Shown here one piece after another: positions 18,805 through 28,848 of a stretch of 64,000 nucleotides of DNA. The first letter of the stretch is position 1; each line of letters opens with the position of its first letter. The position numbers and the translations under genes are program-made. The notes beneath the pieces are model-generated. The model saw nothing but the letters and a program-made list of their open reading frames with translations. It ran no database searches and had not been told where the DNA came from. Source of the stretch: Nitrososphaeria archaeon (GTDB lineage: Archaea > Thermoproteota > Nitrososphaeria > JACIWG01); contig JBEKIG010000015.1 of the NCBI GenBank assembly GCA_050011875.1, positions 32,001 to 96,000 of the forward strand. The letters run 5' to 3'.

Positions 18805-21417
18805 TTACGCGATGTAGCATGACACCCACTCACATTCTAGGCATCTTGCACACTTTTCACCGTAGGCTAAGTTTCTACTGCCACATTCTGGGCATTTCTC
18901 GAACTTTTCTGTTCCCATAACCTTCTGGAACCTTTCTGGTAACTTCAAGAAGAACTGCTGCTCCTCCTGTTTTTTTCCAGTTGCGACTTCGATCTTTGGA
19001 AGAAATATCTCCATAGATTTCATCATATCAAGCGTCATGTTTTCAACACCTGCTACGTACCCCCCTGCCTTCTGCGTTGGAGTCATTAGAACCTGCTCGT
19101 TCTTGGAACTGTCCCTATATATGGTCACACCTTTTACACCAAGTTTGTAGGCAAAGAGGTATGCCTTCTCAACGTCTTCTGCAGAAACCCAATTCGGCAT
19201 ATTTATCGTCTTGCTTACAGCAGCACAGACCCACTTCGAGATTTCAGCCTGCGCTCTTAGATGATCCCACCAAGGAACATCATACGCTACTAGGAAGACT
19301 TTCCTAATATCCTCTGTGACATCCCTTACACCCTGCAGGCTCCCACCATTATCGGATATCTTCCTGAGAATTTCGTCTTCTAAGACATTAATTTCCTTTA
19401 ACCGCCTTTCCAGTTCTTGGTCAACATAAAAGAACTGCCCAACGCTAACTTTCTTTTGGTAAACTAGTGCATACTGAGGTTCTACCCCAGATGATATGTC
19501 GAAGAGCATCGAAATCGAGCCTGTGGGAGCTATAGTCGTAACTTCGGAGTTTCTCATTCCGTTTTCTTTAATAAATTTGGCCAGTTTTTCCCAATCCTGT
19601 GTCCACCATTCCCTGTGATAGAATCCTTCAAAGGGCATATCGCCTTTTGGGTATGCAGATCGGCTGTACAGTAGGAAAGAATCTCTTTCAGAAGCCTGCG
19701 CCGCTGAAGCTTCCATAGCGTAATATGTGATGTATTCCATGACGTTACGCATAAACGCGAAGCCTTCCTCGCTGTTGTAAACTATTTTTAGAGCGTAGAG
19801 TGCGTCGGCAAGACCCATCACACCTAACCCTATCTTCCTAGAAGCTTTTGTGGCGGCCTCTATGCTTGCTAATGGAAAATTATTGACGTCTATGATGTTA
19901 TCGAGAAAATTTACGGCTAATTGAACAGTTTTTCTCAGACCTTCCCAGTCGAACAGTGTTTTTTCGTTCTTCGCTCCAAATCTTACGAATTCGTAAAGGT
20001 TTATCGAACCCAGATTGCACGATTCATAAGGATAGAGCGGTTCTTCACCACAAGGGTTTGTGGAATTTATTTCTCCAAGCGCGCTTTTCAGAATGTTCCT
20101 TTTATTAATGTGGTCTTTGAAGAGTGCACCTGGATCACCTGTTTTCCAAGCGTTTGCAGCTATTTGTTTAAAAATACTTTTAGATTCCACCTCTTTCCAC
20201 ACATTTTTATCCCTTGGGTTGACAAGAGGATAAGGCCTTCCTTGGTTGTAAGACTTCCAGAAATCTTCTGTAATCATGACGGATATGTTGAAGTTTGAGA
20301 ACATGCCCTCAGAATTCTTTGCATTAACGAACTTTTCTACATCAGGATGCCATGATTCTAGGATGCCCATGTTCGCTCCCCTTCTTTTGCCACCCTGTTT
20401 GATTACATCTGTGATCACGTCTATTATTTTCATAAATGATACGGGTCCACTTGCTATCCCACCTGTTGAGAGGACAACATCCCCCTCTGGTCTTAAGCTG
20501 CTGTAATTAATACCAATACCACCTCCTCCTTGAAATATGATGGCGGCTTCCTTCGCAACGTCCATAATGGATATCATACTGTCTTCGATGTCTAAGACGA
20601 AACAGGCAGAAAGTTGGGAGAGCCTCGCCCCTGCGTTAAACAATGTCGGTGAGTTCGGTAAAAACTTCTTTTCAACCATAAGGTTATAGTAAGAGTCAGC
20701 TTTTTCACCATATTTATTAAATAAACCCTTGGACACCTTGTTCCATAGCTCGCTCCAGCTTATTTTCATCTTACCCTGAAGATTAAGCTCGTCATAGAGC
20801 AGTTTCATCCTCTTAAGGTGGTGCTCATTTAATTTGAAATCCCCTATCGAAACCTTACCAGCCCACGTAACTACGTCAAAATCTTCTATTGTGCGCTTAG
20901 GTTGGCCACCCTCCTTGTCGAAGACTTCTCGATCGTAGAGAATGTCGGGTATTGCGACAAGAACTGCGATCCTTTGGAAGACCTGCTTTGGTCCTTCGAC
21001 GGGCTTTCCCTTTTCGTTTTTAAGGAGATATCTTGAGGCCATAAGCCTGATCGCGTTCAAGGAAAAAGCCTTGTCGACTTCGTCGACATAGTCTTTCTCG
21101 AGAATTATCATCTTCTCCTCCCTAATTCTCTCCCTCTCTTTCCTGTAGAGGATGTAGGCTTTGGCGACTTCGTAGAGGTCATATTTGACGAGCGCGAATT
21201 CTACTATGTCCTGCACATCTTCAACATGAGGCAGGACTTCGCCAGAATATTTTCTATTAATAGCGCCAATAACATAGTCCATCACCTTCGAAAGGGTATC
21301 AGGGTCATAACGGTTCACGCTCAACATAGCTTTTCGTATTGCATCCTCAATCCTCCTCTTATCAAAGTCTACTACTCTACCGTCCCTTTTCACGATCTTT
21401 TTGGGCACAGTTTCCAA
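18805..21417 (-). CDS. nrdJ: Class II (AdoCbl-dependent) ribonucleotide reductase with N-terminal ATP cone and C-terminal Zn ribbon
   Basis: IVKRDG ATP cone, PNSPTL, LSACF, QGGKRRGA, TNPCGE, CNLGSIN, IAPTGSIS, KGVTIYRD, CPECG...C..C. Confidence 0.95.
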   Translation of the reverse strand: METVPKKIVKRDGRVVDFDKRRIEDAIRKAMLSVNRYDPDTLSKVMDYVIGAINRKYSGEVLPHVEDVQDIVEFALVKYDLYEVAKAYILYRKERERIREEKMIILEKDYVDEVDKAFSLNAIRLMASRYLLKNEKGKPVEGPKQVFQRIAVLVAIPDILYDREVFDKEGGQPKRTIEDFDVVTWAGKVSIGDFKLNEHHLKRMKLLYDELNLQGKMKISWSELWNKVSKGLFNKYGEKADSYYNLMVEKKFLPNSPTLFNAGARLSQLSACFVLDIEDSMISIMDVAKEAAIIFQGGGGIGINYSSLRPEGDVVLSTGGIASGPVSFMKIIDVITDVIKQGGKRRGANMGILESWHPDVEKFVNAKNSEGMFSNFNISVMITEDFWKSYNQGRPYPLVNPRDKNVWKEVESKSIFKQIAANAWKTGDPGALFKDHINKRNILKSALGEINSTNPCGEEPLYPYESCNLGSINLYEFVRFGAKNEKTLFDWEGLRKTVQLAVNFLDNIIDVNNFPLASIEAATKASRKIGLGVMGLADALYALKIVYNSEEGFAFMRNVMEYITYYAMEASAAQASERDSFLLYSRSAYPKGDMPFEGFYHREWWTQDWEKLAKFIKENGMRNSEVTTIAPTGSISMLFDISSGVEPQYALVYQKKVSVGQFFYVDQELERRLKEINVLEDEILRKISDNGGSLQGVRDVTEDIRKVFLVAYDVPWWDHLRAQAEISKWVCAAVSKTINMPNWVSAEDVEKAYLFAYKLGVKGVTIYRDSSKNEQVLMTPTQKAGGYVAGVENMTLDMMKSMEIFLPKIEVATGKKQEEQQFFLKLPERFQKVMGTEKFEKCPECGSRNLAYGEKCARCLECEWVSCYIA

Positions 21418-21468
21418 ATAGGATCCAAACTATTATTTTGTCGAGCTTCTTATAACATTTATTGTTTT

Positions 21469-21903
21469 TTAACACATATTTTGTCTAATGCTATATTCTT
21501 CATACGCCTTCACGCTAAGGGAATCAGCTTCTTCGTTCTTCTCCCTTGGAATCCAACTAAAAAGTATATCCCTAAACAGTTTAACTATTTCCTTTGCTTC
21601 ATTATATTGGGAAGTGTAGTAACCCTTATTGTGTTTCCATAGCCCATTCATCTGATTAACTAAGAGCTTTGAATCCGATTTGACCAGTATCTTTTCTCTG
21701 TTCAAATTCAATGCAATAAGAATTTTTAACGCATTACATAGAGCTGCATATTCAGCCACATTATTGGACATGCCTTCACCCTCCCCCACTACATCATACT
21801 TCTGCGATATCTTCTTGCCATCTTCATATACAACAAATCCATAAGTCGCAACACCATTAGGATTAACTGGTTTACATAAGCCATTGATATAGACTGATAT
21901 CAT
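21469..21903 (-). CDS. rnhA: Ribonuclease HI family protein
   Basis: NP.G, SNNVAEY, SDSKLLVNQM, WIPREKNEEAD; the first acidic ligand appears as N (YING). Confidence 0.85.
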   Translation of the reverse strand: MISVYINGLCKPVNPNGVATYGFVVYEDGKKISQKYDVVGEGEGMSNNVAEYAALCNALKILIALNLNREKILVKSDSKLLVNQMNGLWKHNKGYYTSQYNEAKEIVKLFRDILFSWIPREKNEEADSLSVKAYEEYSIRQNMC

Positions 21904-22216
21904 AGAAAGGGCCCGCAGATAGAAGACGCTATGACAGCTTTATATAATTACATTAAGTTTTAAAGAAAAAAAATTCAACATAAGGTTGATGTCTTATGGG
22001 AAAGTGGACGCCCGGTTGGATTCATGCCTAAATGGGTTCGAGTCCCTCTATGAAGAGTTCGTCTCAGTTAAATGTCTCAAACAAATTTCTTATGATGCCT
22101 GACCTAGTCGGACACAATTAGTCCTTGAACTATTTGAAGGATTATCTTTCCCTTTCCGAAAAGGAGAGTGTATGTCTTCGGATCTTTCTGAATAAACAGC
22201 ATTTTTACTTTGACAA

Positions 22217-23314
22217 TTATGGACTAGTGGAGGTTAGAAGTTTGTTGAAAATTCTTAGGATATCTTCTTCAGGTTCTAGCATGTTTTGTAGCATACTCAT
22301 CACTGGAAGACTATGGGGACACCTTTCCTCACATATTTTGCAGTCTGTACATGATCTGATCTGAGATATCGTCTGTTTGAGTGGTCCGATGTGGTTTCTA
22401 ATTCTCTCTTGGGACCACTGGAACTGTTTGAACGCTTCTGCCCCCATAGTTCGATAGTGGTCATAAATCACATCTGTACCTAGGAGGGTTGAGATTGGGA
22501 TACCTTGCGGGCACGGCTGGCATTCTGCGCAAATCCGGCAGCGTAGATGCTCTAAACGTTCAGTTATTTGTTCTATCTGTTGCTTCTCCTCAGAGGTAAG
22601 CGAGATATCTTCCATAGGATTGACCATTAAGTCTTCTTCTGCCTCTTCTAATGTTGTTATTCCAGGAACTGCTGTAGAAATAGGTTGGTTGATAAGCCAC
22701 TTTAAAGCCAAGTTTGCAGGCAACAGTCCAGTGGCTAACGGCTTCATAATGGTCACTCCTACACCTCTGCTAGCACAGAGGGGAATAAGTTCCTTCAAAG
22801 GCTCCCTTTCCACTATATTCATTGGAACCAAGATTATGTCGAAGTCAAAGCGTTTGAGCGCTTCAACTAATACATCACTCCTGTGACTTGTACATCCGAT
22901 ATAACGTATCAAGCCCTTTTTACGAGCTTCTATCAGCGCTTCTAGTGCGCCTCCTGGGCCAAGACGCTTCTCCATGTCCTCTCCCTTCTTTAAACCATGA
23001 ACGTGACAATTGTCTAAGTGGTCTGTCTGCAGGAGTTCAAGTGATTTCTTGAGTTCTCTGAGAGCAGCATCTTTAGTCATTGCCTCTACCTTGCTGGAAA
23101 GGAATATCGTGTCGCGTTTGCCTTTGAGGGCGATGCCAAGCTTTTTTTCGGTATCCCAGTACGATCGCGCTGTGTCGATATAGTTTACGCCTAGTTCAAT
23201 AGCCTTGTGAACTACTTTAATGGCGTATTCGGTATTTGAAGAACCTATTCCATTAGATCCAAAACCTATAGCTGAAACTTTAACTCCTGTTCTACCCAAC
23301 TTACGATACTGCAT
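22217..23314 (-). CDS. Aldo/keto reductase with C-terminal 4Fe-4S dicluster
   Basis: YRKLGRTG, YIDTARSY, CRICAECQPCP and CTDCKICEERCP. Confidence 0.9.
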   Translation of the reverse strand: MQYRKLGRTGVKVSAIGFGSNGIGSSNTEYAIKVVHKAIELGVNYIDTARSYWDTEKKLGIALKGKRDTIFLSSKVEAMTKDAALRELKKSLELLQTDHLDNCHVHGLKKGEDMEKRLGPGGALEALIEARKKGLIRYIGCTSHRSDVLVEALKRFDFDIILVPMNIVEREPLKELIPLCASRGVGVTIMKPLATGLLPANLALKWLINQPISTAVPGITTLEEAEEDLMVNPMEDISLTSEEKQQIEQITERLEHLRCRICAECQPCPQGIPISTLLGTDVIYDHYRTMGAEAFKQFQWSQERIRNHIGPLKQTISQIRSCTDCKICEERCPHSLPVMSMLQNMLEPEEDILRIFNKLLTSTSP

Positions 23315-23530
23315 TATATTCTGGAATGGGTATTTGACACAATATAAGAACTTTTTGAGGGGTAAACTTATTTAACAGATGGAATATTTCCCTTTAGCCT
23401 TTCTACCTTAAACTGGTTAGTAACAACAAAATCATTATTTTCAATATTATCAAGATTAAACAGTTTTTAATGATAACATTATAAACTTTCTTATGAAAAA
23501 TGTAATGGATTCTAAAAAAGTGAGATAAAA

Positions 23531-24628
23531 ATGAGTAGTGGAAAAATAATAGACAAAATAGATAGACAGACATGGCTCAACAACTGCTTCCCAGAGTGAG
23601 GAACATATCTCAACGAGGAGATAGAGGACACTGTCGTAGAGCAAGGCAAACTGGCACTATGGTGGATTGGTGCATGCGGGAAATGGATAAAGACGCCGGG
23701 AGACGCAAACATAACCATCGACTTCTGGGTCCAACGCGGCACTTCATCAAAACGAACCCCTCAGAAACGAGATCCTGATCATGGATTCATTAGACAAAGT
23801 GGTCAAAGAGGTGACACGGTATTCGCAAACCTGCGCTGTTCTCCTATAGTCATCGATCCTTTTGTGGTTAAGAAGATGGATGTTGTTCTATGCACCCACT
23901 TTCACGGAGACCACATCTGCCAATATGTGGCGGCCGCCGCAATTAAGAACACGAAAGCCATCTTCATAGGCCCAGATGAATGCTGCAATGAATGGGCGAG
24001 ATGGGGCGTTCCCGAGAATAGGATTCATCGCATAAAGCTAAACGGAACATACAAGATTAAAGATGCTGAGATAACGGCAGTGGAATCCTTCGACAGGACA
24101 GTACTGCTCGGGGCACACCCGGAACCTAAAGGGGACATCAGGGGGAAGCCTGAACTTATACCTGATATGAATCAGAGGGCATTCAACTACGTGATCAAAA
24201 CACCCTCCGGAACAGTCTACGATTCTGGTGACTCACACTTCGCAAACTTATACCTCAAACATGGAAGGGATCACAAGATAGACATAGCGTTCTGCAGCTA
24301 TGGAGACCCTCAGATCGGACTGACCGACAAAATGACGGCCGAAGACGCCTTGAGATTCGCCTGGAGCCTGAACACGAAGGTCCTGATTCCCGTCCACTGG
24401 GATCTGTGGTCAACCCAGATACCTGACCCTCACATAATCTATGATATGCACAAGTCCTACAAGAGCAAACTCAAGAGTGAGGGATACGGTTTCAACCTAT
24501 TCATCTGGAGGCCAGGCGGGAGGTACATGTGGCCAGACGACAAGAATCTGGAATGGTACACATATCCAAAAGGGACCGAGAAACTCGATCCGAACAGGGC
24601 AGTAATGTTCTACCCATCCTTCCTATAG
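23531..24628 (+). pseudogene. ulaG: UlaG-like L-ascorbate-6-phosphate lactonase (metallo-beta-lactamase fold), interrupted by TGA at codon 23
   Basis: Frame continuous from ATG 23531: ...FPE*GTYLNEEI...WWIG...DFW...THFHGDH...ESFDRT...SGDSH...DKMT...PVHWD; TGA at 23597-23599. Confidence 0.8.
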
Positions 24629-24976
24629 AACAAAATTCCCTTTTTATATTCCAAAGATATTGCGATCCTGAGCCAAAATCTAAGGTAATGTAACGGTTAG
24701 TGACCTGAATATATTGGAAGTATCCTTCATCTTTTTATCGGCTGCCATATTATACTTCTTTTTCAACAAGACCTATGCAATCGAATGTACGATCAATAAT
24801 CTTAGCTTTCAAGCTTATTTGCAGGGCGAGTGTAAAGGCTTATGTCGATTGTTTGATGTTTGAGTCCATAACAACTTTAGCCTTTTATTAATTTATTACC
24901 TAAATGGGTATGGGTCCATATTACATCTTTTGCTGATAAAAAATTTGGTAAGGCCTCCCTTAAGAGACCTATTCCT

Positions 24977-25402
24977 TTACTTTTTGAGAGACTTCAAGGC
25001 CGCTTGTACAATATTGCCGAATTCATCAGCTGAAAGTACAGCATGAACTTCGAACAGAATGTAGGGCTGGTATTCCATTAGGGCTGCGTAAAGCTCCTTT
25101 TCACCTAATTCGGTGATAGCATACCCCATCGACCCGTCAACGGACACCCCCCATTCCTTGATTCTTCCCTTGCTTAAGTCCCCTTTAATCGCCTGTGTCA
25201 TGCCAAGAACCATTTTTAACATCGCTTCTTGCTCTGTAGGTAGCAGGTTTATATTCGGCTTCCAAATTATCAGATGGTATCTCTCTTGTTCAAATACTTC
25301 TCCCTTTAAAGTGCCTTTATTAAGCCAATTTCTGACTGTGCTTTCTGAAACACCTAATTCCTTACTTGCTTGGGAAACGGATACGTAGTAGAAATTTTTT
25401 CT
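24977..25402 (-). CDS. Excisionase/MerR-like HTH fused to a DUF3303-like domain; start disrupted or unclear
   Basis: Frame open upstream of the track ORF: YVSVSQASKELGVSESTVRNWLNKG then ...IKEWG....GYAI...QPYILFEVH; in-frame TGA at 25403-25405. Confidence 0.6.
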   Translation of the reverse strand, partial: RKNFYYVSVSQASKELGVSESTVRNWLNKGTLKGEVFEQERYHLIIWKPNINLLPTEQEAMLKMVLGMTQAIKGDLSKGRIKEWGVSVDGSMGYAITELGEKELYAALMEYQPYILFEVHAVLSADEFGNIVQAALKSLKK

Positions 25403-25522
25403 TCAATAAAGTGAAAACAGCCCCAGCAACCTTTGTAAATATATTCGTTTTCCCATATTATTTGTTTGTCTATGTCGCTTTGGCAGCTCAGCTTACGGTA
25501 TATTTTTGCCGAACATTTTTGC

Positions 25523-26083
25523 CTAATTGTGAACTTTTTGGGAGAGTTCTTTCGCCCAGATTCTGATGACGTTCCAGTCTCTCGTATCATAAACTCCAGG
25601 CTGTATTGCTTTATAGACAGCTTCTATCTTCGGCCTTCCTCCCTCCAGCGCCCTTTTGGCCCACCATGGCACTTTATTGTAGTCGTAGATACCGCTAAAT
25701 AAGCCCAAAGCGATGGGTTGCAGATTATACTTGGCGGCTTTTTCTTCAAGAAACTCCCCTCTGGCTCTAGCAATCATGTCAGGTTTTCCTTCATTTAGTG
25801 CTTGGCAGCCAGTGCCGCAGGAGACGAACAGTGCCACTTTCTTTCCTGCCAGCTCCTTCTGAAACCTTTTCAGGAACTCTTCAGGCTCACTGGTCCACCT
25901 CCTCATCTGGATTCCACTGCCAACAATGACAACATCATACTCAGCTATGTCTTTGATTTTTTCTTGTTTTGCGTTAACTACTCGGACTTCTAAACCTTCT
26001 TGTTGGAGTATGTTTGCAATCTCTTCTGATGTGCTTGCTGTTGCTCCATATCGGGTTCCATAAACAATCAATACTTTAGTCAT
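25523..26083 (-). CDS. Flavodoxin domain protein (HemG/Flavodoxin_5-like)
   Basis: LIVYGTRYGAT, YDVVIVGS, DTRDW. Confidence 0.88.
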   Translation of the reverse strand: MTKVLIVYGTRYGATASTSEEIANILQQEGLEVRVVNAKQEKIKDIAEYDVVIVGSGIQMRRWTSEPEEFLKRFQKELAGKKVALFVSCGTGCQALNEGKPDMIARARGEFLEEKAAKYNLQPIALGLFSGIYDYNKVPWWAKRALEGGRPKIEAVYKAIQPGVYDTRDWNVIRIWAKELSQKVHN

Positions 26084-26764
26084 GCGTTAATAGCTCCATG
26101 ACTTGTCGCATTGCGGTTTAATAGTACGCCTACTATTCATGCTGTCATGCCTAATAATGGTGGGACGATGTTTAAGCACCTTAATTTCTTTTGCCAACAT
26201 GACAAAACACCCGATAATTAATAGCCTATGTCTATTATATATGATTTTAGCGTGTGCTACTGACAAGTCATTACTCACTAGATAGCTCTAGCTTTAACAA
26301 AAATTAGCTTTAAACTAATCTGAGATCCACTCAACCTTAAGACTTAATTCAACCCCTTGGAAATCAGGCAAGCGCAGATGTTGCGACGGAATTAAAACCT
26401 AAAATAAATGACCTGTTGCGGAATATAAGAGGTTTGACGCTTTATAAAGAATATCAATAACAATTAAAGCAGAGAGTTCTTAGAAATGCTGAGGAAGAGC
26501 TTCGAAAATTGACTTTAATTGATGAAAAAGTATGTGATAGAGAAGAGTTGAATTTCATAGACATAGGTACGAGAGGTAAAAGGCTTTAAATAAATGTAAA
26601 AAGTTAAGATAACTGTAATGAGTAAAGGCACTAAAAAAATGCTTTCATGTAAAAGCGGAGACATGGAATAATTATTTTGAAAATAACAGAAAAGGCTAGG
26701 AATAAACTAACTCAAATATCCTATGCGTTATAATATAAAAAAATGTTGTGAAGGTGTTTCTTGA

Positions 26765-27031
26765 TTATTCGATGAGTTTTCTAGCTTCTTCTGCGGGTAC
26801 TGCGACGAGTGTCTCAGTTGTGATGTGTTCTCCCCTTCTCATCGCGACTTTCATAGCTGTTTTTTCATCAGGCGCTTCAATTATGACGACATTGTCGTAT
26901 CTGCCTAGTGTATAATAAAATCCAAGAAATTTCACTCCTTCTTTATTTTCTTTTTCCATGAGCTTCTTGTTTTCAGCAATCATTTCCTTTGTTTGCTTGT
27001 GCCTTGACTTACATAACATGATAAAGATCAT
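26765..27031 (-). CDS. GYD domain protein
   Basis: YYTLGRYDNVVIIEAPD, TETLVA. Confidence 0.85.
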   Translation of the reverse strand: MIFIMLCKSRHKQTKEMIAENKKLMEKENKEGVKFLGFYYTLGRYDNVVIIEAPDEKTAMKVAMRRGEHITTETLVAVPAEEARKLIE

Positions 27032-27179
27032 TTTATCACTTATGTGTTAGAAAGAACCTTCTCCCTTATAAGAGTATTTAACCTTCACAAATAGCCACAA
27101 TCTATTTTTATTTTAAATGAGACCAACCTTTTATTTGTCCGAAAGAGTTTTTTTCATCGTTAGGTCTCCTAATGCGAAT

Positions 27180-28196
27180 TTATCGGTTTGATGAGTGTAT
27201 GAACCGGTTGATGGCGTCGGCTATCTGGGTAGGTTGATCGAAGTTGTCGAAGTGGCTGGCGTTCCTGACCCATTCCATCTGGACATTGGGGCATTTAGTC
27301 GCAACATCCGCAAAGATGGATGGAGGTTGGGCCGGGTCGCTGTCGGCCTGCAGTTGCAGCACCGGGAAGGGGAAATTGTTTTTGCAGATTTTGCCAATGG
27401 CGGTGTCGAGGTCCCAGTTGCTGCTCAGGAAATATTTTGGGTTCATATTAGCCACTCCGGGGCGTGAAAACTCATAGACCAAGTAATCGCGGTCCTCCAG
27501 GTTGAAGGGGGTGGTCATGCGCCTTTTGTAGACAAAGTCAATGAACCAGCCGGAGTTCTGCATCATGTAAGTTGCTATCCAGTTGTTTTGGAATAGGAGC
27601 CATTGGGGTTTTTGAATGTAACCCGCTATCTTTCCCCTATTGTCTTTCCATTTTTGAATCAGATCCGCTTCCATGCGGACATACCCCCGGATGCGTTCCG
27701 GATGATCGCTGACCAGCACGCTACCGATGATTGTCCCCCAATCATGAGAGACTAGGTAGAACTTTTTGATGCCCAGGCTGTCCATCAATTTGACAGTTTG
27801 CTCGGCTACAACGTGCCAGTTGTAGTTTCTGTCTTTCAAGTCCGAACGGCCATAGCCCTTCATGTCAATGGCAATCAGTCGGTAGCTGTGGTCCACCTGC
27901 GGCAGCACATAGCGCCAAGAGTACCAGCCCTCGGGTAGGCCGTGCAGGAACAAGATCACCTCGCCATCGGGGTTGCCTTCGTCCACGTAGTGCCATTGTA
28001 TGCCATTCACCACCCGATCTTGGTGATTGAACTGGGCGTCAATTTTGTCATGTGTGGCCTGGAAGTCCGCCCGAAATTTCTCATATTTCTTGGATAGGTT
28101 CTTTGCGCGGAATGGGGCATAGATCCAGATGAATGCTGTCACTAGAAGTCCAAGGCCTACTAGAGTCAGAACGAACACTTCCAAAATAGCCCACAT
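27180..28196 (-). CDS. Membrane-anchored alpha/beta hydrolase (epoxide hydrolase/dehalogenase-like)
   Basis: N-terminal TM helix, LHGLPE..YSW, DMKGYGRS, SHDWG nucleophile elbow; visibly higher GC than the flanks. Confidence 0.87.
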   Translation of the reverse strand: MWAILEVFVLTLVGLGLLVTAFIWIYAPFRAKNLSKKYEKFRADFQATHDKIDAQFNHQDRVVNGIQWHYVDEGNPDGEVILFLHGLPEGWYSWRYVLPQVDHSYRLIAIDMKGYGRSDLKDRNYNWHVVAEQTVKLMDSLGIKKFYLVSHDWGTIIGSVLVSDHPERIRGYVRMEADLIQKWKDNRGKIAGYIQKPQWLLFQNNWIATYMMQNSGWFIDFVYKRRMTTPFNLEDRDYLVYEFSRPGVANMNPKYFLSSNWDLDTAIGKICKNNFPFPVLQLQADSDPAQPPSIFADVATKCPNVQMEWVRNASHFDNFDQPTQIADAINRFIHSSNR

Positions 28197-28345
28197 CGTA
28201 ATTGTTCTCCTCGTAGTATTATATGTTGTAAATTATACTTAGTATAAATGCTTTAGCGCGCGCTACAGGTTAAGGAAAATTTAATTTCATACACCCCTTA
28301 TTTCTTCTTGGATTCTGTCTTTTTTTTTACCAACATGCCTTAGAT

Positions 28346-28507
28346 CTCATTGAAGGAGTAAAAGCCTCTACTTCAGAGGCTCTAATCGCAGTTTTTGAAA
28401 GTCTAAAAAGCATGTACAGAAAAGACGAAGACTCAGACACCCATCCACCTCTACAAGATAGAATCAACCGATTAATGCACCTTTTAAACTCAGATAATCG
28501 AAGCTAA
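28346..28507 (+). pseudogene. C-terminal remnant of an M48/HtpX-like peptidase
   Basis: ...DTHPPLQDRINRL motif; no HExxH-containing N-terminal part. Confidence 0.55.
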
Positions 28508-28848
28508 CATAATTATGTAACAATGAGATCACCAATTAATTAAGGTGGAAATCCTGTTAAAATAACTCCAAGCTCAGGCAGACAAGGTGGTTTAAACCCT
28601 CTTTAAACCCTTAACCTGCACTATTTTGTAGTTAACACCCTGGTGCCGAGGCCTTAAACTGGTTCAGGTAACACCGACAATCAAGCTGGCTCAGCTATTT
28701 GGATCTGTTATTTTTTAATTTCTTGCCCATACATCATTAAAGCCATGTCAATCTGTCTTGCTGTTTTTCCATGCTTCTTTGCCAAATTGGTAAAAATCAT
28801 AGCTGAACAAAATAATGATTTGAGCCGGAATTTTTTAAGGATATTTAT

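Noticed and set aside
18805-21417. Intein in the RNR
   Set aside because: There is an insertion after the ATP cone, but no C/S...HN-C splice motifs or LAGLIDADG blocks, and total length is normal.
28641-28651. TGGTGCCGAGG as an att copy of the tRNA-Phe 3' end
   Set aside because: Only a 9-nt match to the genomic tRNA-Phe end, 28 kb away; compatible with chance.
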